Below are positions 62,372-64,000 of a stretch of 64,000 nt of DNA, piece by piece. This stretch comes from Tubiluchus corallicola. Taxonomy: Eukaryota; Animalia; Priapulida. Below the pieces are notes generated by a model. That model saw only the letters and a program-made list of their open reading frames with translations, was not told where the DNA came from and did not search any database. Where the stretch lies: positions 62,001 to 126,000 of the forward strand of contig JAQGDQ010000059.1 of NCBI GenBank assembly GCA_030141605.1, read 5' to 3'. The position numbers and the translations under genes were made by a program. Within the stretch, counting starts at the first letter, position 1, and each line of letters starts with the position of its first letter.

Positions 62372-63154
62372 CTGAAAATAATACAATGTAATTTTAAAAA
62401 TGTACAGTCTATAAACATAAATGAGCAAAAAAACTGAAAAAAAGAAAAAATCTACCTGATTTGGATGTTAGATCATCGTTAATTTAAACTACAGTACAAT
62501 GTACACGTGACATTCAAATTCTCGTTATTTCTAATCCACTTTAAGAGATGACACTCAACATCCTTGAAATTTTCATGGAGGCTTAGCGGTTTCTTGTTCC
62601 CAGAAGTAAGTTGACTTTCTGCAAGTTGCGCTACACATGTAATGTCGAAGTTTGGTAGTGTATATAGGCAACATAAAATAAGTCATATCACGTCAGTGCC
62701 AAGAACTAAGAAATTAGTAGGATAAAATTTTGTCTCTCTTACGATTAATACAAATACCACACATTCTTACAGTCGTTTTTGCAAATTGTCGAACTAGGTT
62801 TGCACTAATTACCAATCTAAAACTGATCTCCTTAAGGTTTCTCAGAAATTATAACAGTAATTAACACAGGGAAATTTTACAAAATTTCAAGATTATCAAT
62901 ATAATTATGATCACATAAGCGTATAATTATTAAACCTTACCAAACTAGGCCCAAAAATTAGACAGTTTTTCATATGAATGAGATACTTTCTCTCAAACTT
63001 GCAGTCACTGCCAATCCCAAAGTATGTGTATCACATTAAAAGTAACTTTCTTGTTATATTATCTTATTAACAGTTAAAAGCAGTATATAACAATGCACTA
63101 AAAATAACTTCTTTGTTTTACAGCATTGTATAAACATGATAATGCAAGTGTATT

Positions 63155-63620
63155 GACAAACAATACAATACAATGTATGCAAAAAATTACACATCACACA
63201 AAAGCATCCCAAAACTAGGGTATAACCGTCACATTGAAATCTTGAGTAAAAGAAACAGCGTCGGTTAGACGGTTTACAATATTTACACGTTTATATAATA
63301 ATGTAATTACAATAATGTTCTTTTGCTATCAATTGAATATGTTTTTCTGCTACTAAGATTCTATTTTCTTTCTTTCAAAACAGTCTGTAATATAATTCGA
63401 AACTAAATTAGCAAGTTCACATTCAATTATATTCATCAAAAATATAAATTTTTCCTGTATTGTGAGATTCATAAAGTTTGGGAAAACTTCATTGACATGA
63501 GAGAACAAGCTATGTCTTAAATAATTATAATACATTCAAGAATTAAACAAACTAAACATAGTAATGTTGTTGTCTTCACATTTTTATAAATGCATAAAAA
63601 AATTATAACCATGTACTGTT
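63155..63620 (-). mobile_element. 3' end of a CR1/L2-group LINE
   Basis: ORF 63353-63535 (YNYLRHSLF...FPNFMNL...EKFIFLM...SNYITDCFERK) resembles the extreme C-terminus of such ORF2 proteins. Downstream is an (attgt)n-like tail (plus-strand caatacaatacaat). Confidence 0.6.
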
Positions 63621-64000
63621 GCTGTGTCAACAACAATAAATTCAAAATGATACAGCCACGTCGAACAAACTGACTCACAAATGGATAAAATTTTACATGA
63701 AATTTTCACTCCTGCGTTTTATGGTTTTTATAGGAAAATGTATTATCGATCTGGAGCGTCAGGAGAAACGAAAGCGGCTGGGTCAGAATGTTTACAAACG
63801 TGAAGTCAATGATCAGCACAGCTTAGGGAAAACAAACAAGGAAATCCGGAGAAGGAAAAACACAGATTATCATCTGTAAACAACAGGAGGTGATCCCGAG
63901 TAGTCACGTGACAGCTGATCTTATTACTCCATCAGCTGATTCTGTGGAACATATTTCACGCGGAATTACTGTATTAGCTTCATGGTGAAGCTTCATGCCA

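Overview
AT-rich eukaryotic (invertebrate-like animal) genomic DNA with many short GT-AG introns; most entries in the ORF track are exon-plus-intron read-throughs or noise. Splicing by hand gives three protein-coding genes. (1) A Rab escort protein (REP/CHM-like) gene on +: 12 phase-consistent exons at 1634-10706, first coding exon not found in the window. (2) A furry (FRY/FRYL-family) gene on -: 56 phase-consistent exons from 62371 to the stop at 13861, about 3,015 codons, 5' end not resolved. It is convergent with REP. (3) A two-exon secreted C-type lectin (perlucin-like, QPN/WND motifs) at 50289-51331 on +, nested antisense in a 3.8-kb furry intron and bracketed by GA-rich tracts. The introns hold TA-flanked Tc1/pogo-type MITEs, hAT-type MITEs with 8-bp target-site duplications (TSDs), CR1/L2-group LINE relics and short tandem repeats. 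The strongest unexplained signal is a set of 12-18-nt exon-like segments with good splice sites inside furry introns. The best two encode DQAH (15917-15928) and IKPE (34315-34326), and one (41887-41901) would add a premature stop. This suggests a microexon programme, but some candidates could be chance and all need RNA-seq confirmation.
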